DNA of 64,000 bases from Malacoraja senta (Eukaryota): the NCBI GenBank assembly GCA_038087875.1, contig CM075991.1, positions 124,001 to 188,000 of the forward strand, given 5' to 3'. A program made the translations under genes and the position numbers. Positions within the stretch are counted from its first letter, which is position 1, and each line of letters opens with the position of its first letter. The notes beneath the pieces are model-generated. The model saw only the letters and a program-made list of their open reading frames with translations. It was not told the DNA's origin and made no database searches. This document shows, in pieces, positions 1-12,533 of the stretch.

Positions 1-2361
1 TCGAATAGAGGGTTGCTCAACAACAACAAGGTTGTTACAGGCTTCTATTAATTCTAATCTCTTGCCCCAGGGCAGAGCCACAGACATGTGAACAGAGTTA
101 ATAGTAAACCCTAAATAATCAATAACCGTGGATGGTATCAACTTAGATTTATCTGGATGGCTGAGAAACCCCAATTTCTCAAACAAGTGTTTAGTGGCTG
201 AAACAACTAATTTAGCTAATTCCAGACTTTTCCCAATGTTTAGTATATCATCCAAGTATGCCATGACAATGTGTTTTTTGAGCTCTGAGAAGCGCAAGGG
301 CCGGTTTTAATATTTTGGTAAATAATCTGGGGGCTGATGTTAACCCATTAGGCAACGCCTTAAACTGCCACAGTTGCTCCATCCAGTTAAACTTCAAATA
401 CCTCTGGTGATCCCTATGAATGGGTACCGAATAGTATGCATCTTTGAGATCGATGCATGCCATAAATCATCCTTTGGAAATCAAATGTTTGGCTGTAACA
501 AAGGTTTCCATTTTAAAATGTTTATACTGCACAAAAGCGTTAAGCTGGGTCAAATCAATGATGATGCAGCATCCACCATCTTTCTTTCTCCTTGTAAAGA
601 TATTAGAAACAAATTCATGAGGGTCATGCCTTGACCTCTCAACTACCCCTTTTGAATGCAACTTCAATATTTCTGCATGCATATCCAAACCCCCCTGCTG
701 TGAAAGTACAAACGTCCGGTTTGGTATATGCTGTGTGGGTGGTAACGAATTGTGAAGGAACGCAATTTTGTACCCCCGTATACTGTGCAGTATAAATGGG
801 TCAGATGTGATCGAACTTCATGCATTCCAAAACAAGTGTAATCTCCCACCAACTTGTAAATAATCTACACACCCCATGTTCCGGAAGGCACCAGACCCAC
901 CTACCTCCATGGTTACTAGTGGGTTTGTGTTTATTTCTTCCGCCCCCGAGTCTTGCGGGGTAGGGGTGCTGGAATGTGGGAACGGCGCATCTTCCAAGAA
1001 GGCCGTTCTGGGCCTTGGCCTAAAAAAGACCTTTGTCCAGGATATACGGCCTTCGAGCTTTCACCAGCCTCAGGATACGTTTTTTTGCTGGTGGATGCAT
1101 AGGGGTACTGCCGCCGAAATAGAGAGGTCTTGCTGGTTAACGGCGCCTTCATCAGCCCGACAGCCTTTGCCTCTTCATCAAGGTCCTTGACCTGTTTCGG
1201 TAGGTTCTCCCCGAAGAGGAAGTTTGGCGGCTGGATGTTGCTGGCTTTACAGAACCCCGCAAATTTTGGGTTTAGGGCAGGCCGGATGGCACTTTTCCTG
1301 AATCAATTAATCTCAAAATGTGCGTTGCACATGAGTGCTAGAGCATCCTGCTGCTCATCCGATAATGGTCTTCCATCTACGGACCTGGCAAACGCCGTTA
1401 TGCCCGAAGACAGTAATTTGAGGATTTTCTGGATTTTAATTTCTTGGGCCCTGATGCCCCCTCCAATGTATCCCCAAATTGAATTATTAACAGCTGGAAC
1501 ATTCAACGAAGCACAATTTGCAGGTGCCATGTATTTGGCAGCTGTTTCAGTGATCACCTGCGCCTGCAGCTGTGGGAGGTAAGGTAGTTAATACTCGCAG
1601 CCAGCTGCTCCTGTAACGGCTCCCCTGTTTGCGAAGGAATCGCGAATTTGGAGACCATGGCAGGTCCAGCGCACCCCAAGCACACTTGAAGTTTCTTCAG
1701 CCATTCCCCTGAATTCGGAGCCAGCCCAGTACTGACTCCGTGTGCTCCCCTCTGCGGAGAGGGAGACATTGTGCAGCCCTACACCAGGCGCTGCCGTGGG
1801 CATCCGAGGAGACCCACGCTGACATATCTCCGACTGCTGGAGTATGTCATGTTGGAGCATTTTCTCCATTAACCGCTCCATTCGGGATAAACGCCCTAGG
1901 GCGCTATCTGCCTTAGGACGTGAGTCTTCCCAGCCTGACTCGTCTGAGTCCACAGGCCTATCCGACTTACTTTTGGATTTACCCCCTTTCTGGGGAATCA
2001 CCGCGGATTATAAAGGTACTAAGTCGGAGGTCGCTGACCGCATTGTCAGCAACTCAGGTGGTGAAATCGACCGCCGCTGGCTGCCCGCACTGCGGTCCTC
2101 CGCAGCCTGTTTCGCCGCGGCTTGTTTGGATTTAGCCCTTAATTTTTCCATTGATACTGGAAACACCGTTCTGTAAACGAAATTGCAGAACAAAAAACGA
2201 CCTCTGAATAAGTGAAACTTACCTGCAGGGCCTTTTTAAACATACCGCTGGAGGAGCAACGCGCCTGCCAGCCAGTCGCTGCGCCATGCGTTAGACGATA
2301 TGGCGCAGACGTTAGGCGGGCTGGCGGGCTCTTCACATAGTCACTTACGTGACTCCGAAGT
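1..2361 (-). mobile_element. DIRS-type (tyrosine-recombinase) retrotransposon, 5' half: degenerate gag-like ORF1 and RT; continues off-window
   Basis: Minus-strand RT pieces GGRLHLFWNA*SSITSDPFIL..GYKI, VSNIFTRRKKDGG..IIDL..LN, IDLKDAYYSVPI..YLKF..FKALPNGLTSAPRLFTK, and MAYLDDIL near 243-265. Gag-like fragments at 931-2190. Abuts a CR1 at about 2362. Confidence 0.85.
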
Positions 2362-2866
2362 AAAATAGAGAGAATACAGAGGAAATTTACTAGAATGTTG
2401 CCTGGGTTTCAGCACCTAAGTTACAGAGAAAGGTTGAACAAGTTAGGTCTTTATTCTTTGGAGCGCAGAAGGTCAAGAGGGGACTTGATAGAGGTCTTTA
2501 AAATTATGAGAGGGATAGACAGAGTTGACGTGGATAAGCTTTTTCCATTGAGAGTAGGGAAGATTGAAACAAGAGGACATGATTTGAGAATTAAGGGACA
2601 ACAGTTTAGGGGTAACATGAGGGGGAACTTCTTTACTCAGAGAGTGGTAGCTGTGTGGAATGAGCTTCCAGTGGAAGTGGTGGAGGCAGGTTCGATTTTA
2701 TCATTTAAAAATAAATTGGATAGTCATATGGACAGGAAAGGAATGGAGGGTTATGGTCTGAGTGCAGGTAGATGGGACTAGGTGAGATTAGGTGTTCGGC
2801 ACGGACTAGAAGGGCCGAGATGGCCTGTTTCCGTGCTGTAATTGTTATAGGGTTATATGGTTATAA
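2362..2866 (+). mobile_element. CR1 LINE 3' end
   Basis: ORF 2395-2781 (LERRRSRGDLIEVFKIM..TRGH..FFTQRVV..WNELP) is the CR1 ORF2 C-terminus; 3' UTR ends in a (GTTATATG)-type tail. Confidence 0.9.
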
Positions 2867-3344
2867 ACATGAAAGGTTCGCGCATTACCGAAATGGCTCG
2901 ATAGACGTAGAGTTTGTCAGCAGAGAAACCGGCCTTTCCGCTCGACTGTTCCATGCGGAGAAGGGGGTTTAAATGAACTACCCCATTAACGTACGTTTGC
3001 CCCATATCCCTCTGCATATTTGTTTTCTACGTGCTGTCCAAATGTCATTTAAAATTATTTTAATCGCCTGTACCCAATTCCTCCGGCAGTTGGTCCACGT
3101 GACCCAAACCATGTGTGTGAGAGAATGCCCTATAATTGCATCGAATTTTAGATTTTCCTTTCCTTGGAAACAGACACTAACCATCCACATTACCTATGAT
3201 GATAAATGCTCTAATGCCAACACCCAGTCTCCTTTCTGCAGGAACACAGTCTCTCCTTAAAACGTAAATGTTAAATATTGTTATGAATCTTTCTTCACCT
3301 TCTCTGGCTAAATCATATCCTTCAAATGATATGACTTTTGTAAG

Positions 3345-6165
3345 TGTAGGAAATAGAAAATAGACAATGGGTGCAGGAATAGGCCATTCGGCCATTCGAG
3401 CCAGCACCGCCAATCAATGTGATCATGGCTGATCATCCATAATCAGTACCCAGTTCCAACCTTCTATGGGTTACAAGGAAATGGCAGAAGATTTGAACAG
3501 GTATTTTGGGTCTGTCTTCACGAAGGAAGACTCAAACAATCTCCCAGATGTACTGGAGGACAGAGGATCTAAGGGGGCAGAGGAACGGAAATAAATTTTC
3601 ATTAGGCGAGAAATATTATTGGATAGGCTAATGGGACTGAAGGGTGATAAATCCCCTGGGCCTGATGGTCTGCATCCCAGGGTCCTCAGGGAGCATTGGT
3701 GATCATTTTCCAATGTTCAATAGATTCAGCAGCAGTTCCTGTGGATTGGAGCTAATGTTATCCCAATTTTCAAGAAAGGAGCGAGAGAGAAAACAGGGAA
3801 TTACAGACCAGTTCGCCTGATTTCGGTGGTTGGAAAGATGCTGGAGTTAATTATTAAAGAGGTAATAATGGGGCATTTGGATAGCAGTAAAAGGATTTGT
3901 CCAAGTCAGCATGGATTTATGAAAGGGAAATCATGCTTGACTAATCTTCTGGAATTTCTTGGGGATGTGACAAGTAAAATGGATGAAGGGATGCCAGTGG
4001 ATGTAGTGTATCTAGACTTTCAGAAAGCCTTTGATAAGGTCCCGCACGGGAGACTGGTGACTAAAATTAGAGCACATGGTATTGGGGGTAGGGTATTGAC
4101 ATGGATAGAAAATTGGTTGGCAGACCAGATGCAAAGAGTAGGAGTGAACGGGTCCTATTGAGAATGGCAGGCAGTGGCGAGTGGAGTGCCGCAAGGTTCG
4201 GTGTTGCGGCCGCAACTGTTTACCATATATATTAATGATTTGGAAGAGGGAATTAGGAGCAACACTAGCAAGTTTGCGGATGACACAAAGCTGGGTGGCA
4301 GTGTGATGTTAGGAGGTTGCAGGGTGACCAGGACAGGTTGACTGAGTGGGCAGATGCATGGCAGATGCAGTATAATATAGATAAATGTGAGGTTATGCAC
4401 TTTGGCGGCAAAAACAAGGGGGCAGATTATTATCTCATTGGGGTTAGGTTAGGTGAGGGGGATGTGCAGCGAAACCTGGGCGTCCTTGTACACCAGTCAC
4501 TGAAGGTAGACGTGCAGCTACAGCAGGCAGTGAAGAAAGCTAATGGAATGTTAGCCTTCATAACAAGAGGATTTCAGTATAGGAGTAAAGAGGTTCTTCT
4601 GCAGTTGTGTAGGGCCCTGGTGAGACCACATCTCAAGTATTGTGTATAGTTTAGGACTCCTAATTTGAGGAAAGACATCCTTGTGATTGAGGCAGTGAAG
4701 CGGAGGTTCACGAGATTGAGCCCTGGGATGGCGGGACTGTCATATGAGGAAAGATTGGAAAGACTAGGCTTGTATTCACAGGAGTTTAGAAGGATGAGAC
4801 AATAGACAATAGACAATAGACAATAGGTGCAGGAGTAGACCATTTGGCCCTTCGAGCCAGCACCGCCATTCAATGTGATCATGGCTGATCATTCCCAATC
4901 AGTACCCCATTCCTGCCTTCTCCCCATATCCCCTGACTCCGCTATTTTTAAGAGCCCTATCTAGCTCTCCATTGAAAGCATCCAGAGAACCTGCCTCCAC
5001 CGCCCACCGGCAGAGAATTCCACAGACTCACCACTCTCTGTGAGAAAAAATGTTTCCTCGTCTCCGTTCTAAATGGGTTACTCCTTATTATTAAACTGTG
5101 GCCCCTGGTTCTGGACTCCCCCAACATCAGGAAAATGTTTCCTGCCTCTAGCGTGTCCAAGACCTTAACAATCTTATATCTTTCAATGAGATCACCTCTC
5201 ATCCTTCTAAATTCCAGAGTGTACAAGCCCAGCTGCTCCATTCTCTCAGCATATGACAGTCCCACCATCCCGTGAATTAACCTTGTAAACCTAGCTATAT
5301 TTAAGAGGGAGTTAGATGTGGCTCTTGTGGCTAAAAGGATCAGGGGGTATAGAGAGAAGGCAGGTACAGGATACTGAGTTGGATGATCAGCCATGATCAT
5401 ATTGAACGGCGGTGCAGGCTCGAAGGGCCGAATGGCCTACTCCTGCACCTATTTTCTATGTTTCTATGTTTCTATGTTTCTATGCTGCACTCTCTCAATA
5501 GCAAGAATGTTCTTCCTCAAATTAAGGGACCAAAATGGCACACAATACTCCAGATGTGGTCTCATTAGTGCTCTGTACAACTGCAGAAGGACCTCTTGGC
5601 TCCTATATTCGATTCATCTTGTAATAAAGGTCAAATTCGCTTTCTTCACTGCCTGCTGTACCTGCATGCTTACTTTCATAGGCTGATGTACAAGGACTCC
5701 CAGATCCCGTTGTACTTCTCCATTTCCCAACTTGACGCCTTTTAGATAGTAATCTGCCTGCCTGTTTTTGCTACTAAAGTGGATAACCTCACATTTATCT
5801 GCATTAAAGTTCATCTGCCATGCATCTGCCCACTCCCCCAACCTGTCCAAGTCACCCTGCATTCTCATAGCATCCTCCTCACAGTTCACACAGCCACCCA
5901 GGGATCAATCTGCAATCTGCAAATTTGCTAATGTTACTTTGAATCCCTTCATCCAAATCGTTGATGCAATTTATAAATAGCTGCGGTCCCAGCACCGAGC
6001 ATTGCGGTACCCCACTAGTCACTGCCTGGCATTCTGAAAGGGACCCTTTCATCCCTACTCTTTGTTTCCTGTCTGCCAACCACTTCTCGATCCATGTCAG
6101 CACTCTACCCCCAATAACATGTGCCCTAATTTTGCCCACAAATCTCCTATGTGGGACCTTATCAA
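3345..6165. mobile_element. Mosaic of CR1 ORF2 and 3'-end fragments in both orientations
   Basis: Plus-strand RT fragment 3465-4799 (QHGFMKGKSCLTNL, YLDFQKAFDKV, FADD). Minus-strand 3' ends with (AGACAAT)n tails at about 3345-3370 and 4797-4825. Plus-strand 3' end with (TTTCTATG)n at 5455-5484. Confidence 0.85.
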
Positions 6166-9100
6166 ATGAAACATAGAAACATAGAAACATAGAAAATAGG
6201 TGCAGGAGGAGGCCATTCAGCCCTTCGAGCCAGCACCGCCATTCATTGTGATCATGGCTGATCGTCCCCTACCAATAACCCGTGCCTGCCTTCTCCCCAT
6301 ATCTCTTGACTCCACTAGCCCCGAGAGCTCTATCTAACTCTCTCTTAAATCCATCCAGTGATTTGCCCACCACTGCCATCTGTGGCAGGGAATTCAATAA
6401 ATTCACAACTCTCTGGGTGAACAAGTTTTTTCTCACCTCAGTCTTAAATGACCTCCCCTTTATTCTAAGACTGTGGCCCCTGGTTCTGGACTCGCCCAAC
6501 ATTGGGGAAAAATTTCCTGCATCTAGCTTGTCCAGTCCTTTTATAATTGTATATGTTTCTATAAGACCCCCCCCCCCTCATCCTTCTAAACTCGAGTGAA
6601 TACAAGACTAGTCTTTTCAATCTTTCATCATATGACAGTCCCGCCATCCCAGGGATCAATCTCGTGAACCTACGCTGCACTGCCTCAATCACAAGGATGT
6701 CCTTCCTCAAATTAGGTGACCAAAACTGTACACAATACTCCAGATGCAGTCTCACCAGAGTCCTGTACAACTGCAGAAGAACCTCTTTACTCCTATACTG
6801 AAATCCTCTTGTTATAATAATAATAATAAAAGCTTTATTTCAGACACAGGTCAATAGAACACATCAAACAGTATAAGGAGATACAAAAATACATATAAAA
6901 TTGCATATTAGCCTATAAGATATACAAGCTATTGCACCAATGCTGTCTTAGCCTAGAAGTGAATCTATAGCAGCTTTTCAGAGGGCTGACTAGGGCTTCA
7001 ATTATGTGGTTCTCTGACTTATCCAGGCGACACATAAAACTAAACATCAGCTGTCTTAAGAGTGCCTCACAGGTTGGCACTCTAGTGGACACAAACAATT
7101 GACTGGCACTATGCCATCTAGGGACACCAAGTAGCAACCTCATTGCATCATTGTATGCTACCTTGAGCCTCTGCATACTCTTTTTCTTATAATTAGACCA
7201 CAATTGAGCAGTATATAACGGTGTGATGTAGGTTCTGAACAGTGAACACTTCACAGAGTCAGAGCATATAGAAAACTTCCTTATAAGCATGTTAGCTTGA
7301 AGATAAATGTTACAGCGCTGTCGGTAGAGGTCTTTGTCATCCGTCCAGTCATCAGATATGACATGACCTAGGTATTTAATTTCCTCACACACAGCAAGAG
7401 GACTGTCTGACAAATAAAAAGTCAGAAAAGTTGATTTCCTGTCCTCAGCGCTTCTAACTATCATTATGCGGCTTTTCTTAGCGTTATACTTTATGTCATA
7501 ATCAAGGCCATACTGAGAGCACACCTTCAGCATCTGCTGCAGCCCAACACTATATGGACAGAGCAGGACCAGGTCGTCTGCATACATAAGATGATTAACA
7601 ATAGTGTTGCCCACAAGACACCCAGTTTTTAACCTATTTAACTGATTTGACAATTCATCCATATAAACATTAAATAAAATAGGAGACAAAATTCCTCCTT
7701 GCCGCACTCCGTTACTAACACAGAATGGAGCAGATACAACATTGTCCCATTTAACCTGAAACGTTTGATGGGCATACCAAAAAACTAAAATTCTCATTAA
7801 GAATTTAGGGGCACTTCTATCTAGCAATTTTACAAACAATTGTTCATGATTAATTCTATCAAATGCCTTGGACGCATCAATAAAACATAAAAATACAGAT
7901 GAATTCAGGCTTGTGTACCTGAACACAATCTCTTTAAGAGCATAGATACACAGGTCAGTTCCATGTTTTCTTTTGAACCCAAACTGATTGTCAGTAGTAA
8001 GGACATACATTTCTAGCTTTGTCAACAGTATTCTCTCCAGTACTTTAGATAAGATACTGGCTAATGCAATAGGTCGGTAATTATCAATACTGTTGAGCTT
8101 ACCAGCCTTATCTTTAAGCACAGGCACTAACATTACAGATATAATAGCATTTGGCAGGACACCATGAAGCAGACAACCATTAAAGCACATGGAAAGCAAA
8201 GGGCAGAGCTTATAGCTGGCATATTTTAGATGTTCTGCAGTAATGCAGTCCATACCGCAGGCTTTGTTGTTATCCAACATGTTAATGGCATCATAGACAT
8301 CTGCTGCCCCAACTACCATATCTACAGAGAGATCAATATGTTCATGATTGATTCTAACTGGGTTACTTTTAACAGTTAAAAAGGTTACGGTGGTGCTCAC
8401 ACCAACTCTCAGCTATTTTTTCTGGGCTACTAACACCTTCAATGTCAGACGGTAGGGGTGTTTTACTGTTATTCATTACTTTGACCTCTTTCCAGAAGTT
8501 AGTAAGGTTGTTATTCTGTAGCTTCCTGGCAAGCGAGTCTGCTCTCATTGAGTTTTCATTTTTCTTAATAAAACGAAGTGCATACTTAACTCTAGCATTT
8601 GTGCGTTTTTTCATATCTAGCAATACCCCCTGTCTAGGCCTACCTGCCTCTGACTAGAGTCTAAAGGCCTCTCTAGCCTCAGCATACTGCTCAGCCACAA
8701 ACTCATTCCACCCAGGTCTGATGTTGGGTACCTTACATTTACTTTTACGAAAGGGATCACTGGAAGCATTGAGACATTTCACAATAACATCATACATGGC
8801 ACAGAGTTTTTCAGCATGTTGCACGTCCTTACAATTCATATCTGAGCACATTAAGGCCTCTTGAGGCAATGCAATATTATTTTAAAAACTGTCCGTTCGC
8901 AGTGAGTATCCAGCCATAACCTCTCTGCTCAGTTTTGACCAGTCCAGTTTACTTGAGGAAGCAGCATTAATATTACTGGACAGCAGGGGGACATTCTCAA
9001 CATTTACCGTGCAGCAATAGGTATGTGATCAGAGGTGGCAAGTTCATAACAAATCTCCACCTTTTCCAGTGAGGCATGAGCATCAGCTGTGGTCACAATA

Positions 9101-10221
9101 TGGTCTAACCAAGATGTTGTGTGCCACGCTTCACTAACATAGGTAAAACTTGTATCAGGCAACAGAGCTTTACTCGATAGAATTAATTTAGACTCATTAC
9201 AAAACTGCTGCAGGTGTGCTGCAAATAAAGATTTGCTATCTGACATGTCAGCATTAAAATCACCCATGACGTAGACACAAGATGAGCTGTTGTCCTCTAT
9301 AAAGGACTGAATAAAAGCTAACCTGTTCAGAAACTCGTCCTCATGCTCATATGATTCATACGGTGTATAAACATTTAAGACAGTAAATTTCTTTTCATTA
9401 TAATTACACTCCAGCCCTATGGCCCAGTCAACATTTAGACGCACCACCTTCACCAGTAAGTCATATTTGATGTTCCACCGAACCATCCTCGTACTGAGGT
9501 CGGTAGTGGACTCTCCAGCCCCATGGAAGTTCATGTGTAGAGTGTTCAACTTATCCAGATCTTGTTTCGCCATCCAAGGTTCTTGCAGGCACAGAATGTC
9601 ACATTGGTCCAGCAGTGTGTCCACCACCAAACGTCTTGATCTATCAGTAGCAGAATGTCCTACTCGCAAACCGCGAGTGTTGTATGAAACAACATGCATT
9701 TAATGTGCTTTGTCGTTCCCAGCGGAACAGCTGGCCTTCATCCCGTCCTCGCCCACAGATGCGACAGGAACCCCAGCATCGTTACCATGCAGCAGCTCCT
9801 CATCCTGAGAGCGAGGGGCATCCTCTGGACCAGATGGACCTCCGTCTGCTCCTCTAGGGCGACGAGGCTCATAGTAGCATCGGACAAAAGACCCAGCGGG
9901 CCAAAGCTGCGGATCATACAGTTCCGCTACATCATTACATTCAGCGGTGACACAGAAGGAGGGGAATCTACTCTGTGTCATCTCTATTTTTCTACATATC
10001 ACTTCCAGACCCAGCTCATGAAGGCCAATATTCCATTAGCTTTCTTCACTGCCTGCTGTACCTGTAAGCCAACTTTGAGTGACCGGTGTACAAGGACGCC
10101 CAGGTCTCACTGCACATCACCCTTACCTAACCTAACCCCATTGAGATAATAATCTGCCCCGTTGTTTTTGCCGACAAAGTGGATAACCTCACATTTATCT
10201 ATATTATACTGCATCTGCCAC
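6166..10221 (-). mobile_element. CR1 3' portion split by an RTE-X-like insertion (6166-6815 and 10017-10221)
   Basis: (AAACATAG)n tail at 6168-6195; ORFs 6269-6502 and 6465-6770. The CR1 string ctcttgttAT|gaaggcc is split between 6815 and 10018. Confidence 0.85.
6816..10016 (-). mobile_element. RTE-X-like non-LTR retrotransposon, 5'-truncated within ORF1, ORF2 with a few frameshifts
   Basis: APE endonuclease 9004-9699 (VVSYNTRGL, LCLQE, MGDFNAD, WLDH, SDH); RT 6913-8400 (QFGFK, FIDASKAFD, GVRQGGILSP, YADD); ORF1 tail 9700-10002 (SFCV..LWPAGSFVR); AATAAA then (TTA)n tail at 6813-6839. Clade assignment is from motif style only. Confidence 0.75.
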
Positions 10222-10543
10222 TGAGAGCTCCCGTGGATTTTGAAGCAACAGCAACAAAGAGAAGCAGGAGAAAACACTGATTGGCTCTAGCCCGAGTGGG
10301 AGTAGAGTTAGAGGTGAGTCAGAGGGGGAAAACAGTTTAAACCTGAGGAATTTGGTTTGTAAATTGGTAAATTAGGCAATTTATCAATCAAGCCGGCTCT
10401 TGGGGAGCGGCAGTGAGGGAGTGGCTTTGTGAGGGAAGTACCCTGTGAGAAAAGTGCAAGTCTTTGTCTCGAGAGTCTTCGGCGAGGAGGCTGAGGAGAG
10501 GAGGCTAGGCAAAACGCTGGAGAGGGAGAGACGAAAGAAGGAG

Positions 10544-11464
10544 ATGTCAGACAAGCTGATTCCGTGCGATGCTTGCAGTATCTGGGAGGTCAAGAACACT
10601 GCTGGTGCCTCTGGCTACTACAAATGTGAGAAGTGCATCCAGGTACAGATCCTGAAGGACCGTGTTGGGGAACTGGAGAAGCAAGTGGATGACCTCAGGT
10701 TCGTCCGAGAAACTGAGTCGTTCCTAGACAAGTCCTACAGTAAGATTGTTACACCTAAGGTACTGGAAGAGAGAAAGTGGGTGACGGTGAGAAAGGGCGG
10801 GATACATGCAATGCAAAGGTCCCTGGGTGTTGTCCTTCTTGTGAACAGGTTCGCCCACTTAGAAGCCGTCGGGACAGAACACAGTTATCACACTGAGCGC
10901 CGGACTGGCTTGTGAAGCAAAAAGGGCTGTTGAGTTAAAACCAAAGAGGCTGACGTCAGGCAACGCCATTGTAGTTGTAGACTCCATTGTGAGAGGTACG
11001 GACAGGGGTTTTTGCGGCAACAGACGGGATTCGAGGATGGTGTGCTGCCTTCCTGGTGCCAGGATCCAGGATGTCAAGGACAGAGTACAGAAAATCCTCA
11101 AGGAGAACAGCCGGAAGTGATAGTGCATGTTGGCACAAACGATGTCGGAAAGAAGGGGATGAATATTCTGCAGCGTGACTTTAGAGAGCTCAGAAAAATG
11201 CTGAAAAGCAGGACCTCCAGGGTTGTTATCTCCGGTTTGCTTCCAGTTCCTCGTGCTGGCGAGAGCAGGAACAGGGAGATACGGGACCTGAATGTGTGGC
11301 TGAGGAACTGGTGCAGGTGGCATGGATTTAGATTCTTATATCACTGGGATCTGTTTTGAAGTAAGGGGGAACTGTACAAAAGGGACGGATTGCATCTTAA
11401 CAGGTGGGGGACTAGCATTCTGGCAGGCAGGTTTGCCACTGCTACACTGGTGGTTTTAAACTGA
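10544..11464 (+). pseudogene. CR1 ORF1 (zinc finger/leucine zipper + SGNH esterase), disrupted
   Basis: CDAC..CEKC, heptad LKDRVGELEKQVDDL, VVDSIVRG, VHVGTND, DGLHLN; ends GTT TTA AAC TGA. Confidence 0.85.
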
Positions 11465-12533
11465 ATAAGGGGGGTGGGGTGTCAAATGGGATAGTCGAGG
11501 ATGGAGTTAAAGGGAAAGAGAGTAAAGGGATGGTTAAGGACCCCAGAATTAACGGGAAAGGAAGCTCAAAAAGGGATAGGAGAATACGGCCAAGTGTAAT
11601 AGGGATCGATGTGAAAGGTGACATGCGTAAGGAATTAAAAGTATTGTATATGAATGCGCGAAGTATAAGAAGTAATGTAGATGAGATTGAGTCTCAGTTA
11701 GAGGTTGGTAGATATGACATTGTGGGGATTACTGAGACGTGGCTGCAGGAGGATCGGGCCTGAGAACCTAATATTCAGGGTTATACATCCTATAGAAAGG
11801 ACAGGCAGGTGGGCTGAGGAAGGGGGGTAGCTCGGCTGGTGAGGGAGGGAATTCAGTCCCTTGCGAGGGAAGACATAGGCACTGACGAGATAGAGTCACT
11901 GTGGATTGAGTTGAGTAATTGTAAAGGCAAGAAGACACTAATTGGTGATACTTACAGACCCCCAAATAGTTGCCCGGATGGAGGGTGTAAGTTGCAGCAG
12001 GAGTTAAAACTGGCATGTAACAAAGGTAATGCCACTGTGGTGATGAGGGATTTCAATATGCAGGTAGACTGGGAAAATCAGGTTGGTTCAGGACCCCAAG
12101 AAAGAGAGTTTGTAGAGTGCCTCCGAGATGGATTCTTAGAACAGCTTGTAATGGAACCGACCAGAACTTTTTTTAAAAAATTGTTTTATTAGAAGTATTT
12201 TACATTACAGTAATCTGCAATAATGTAAGTTTATACAGTTCTTATACCACTTCTTATTTTAAACTTTAATAGGAAAAAAGGATAGAAAGAATTAGTAAAG
12301 ATAGTCAGTGAGTAAATGAAAGAGTGGTCCAGGAACACCCGTATGAACCAAAACCACAAGAAATAGTTAAAAAAGAAGAAACTTCCGGTGGCGCTATGGA
12401 GGCTTCAGTCCAGCGCCAACTAGCTCCGTGCCGAAGAAACTAAAAACGGGAGAAAATCGGGCTTTACCTGCCGCGATCGCGATCTGAACGGCTGCCTGCG
12501 TGCGTGACGTCATCAGGCGCGCTACTTTACGGT

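Noticed and set aside
3345..4799. Twin-priming 5' inversion of a CR1
   Set aside because: The breakpoints are not contiguous in element coordinates; independent insertions explain it equally well.
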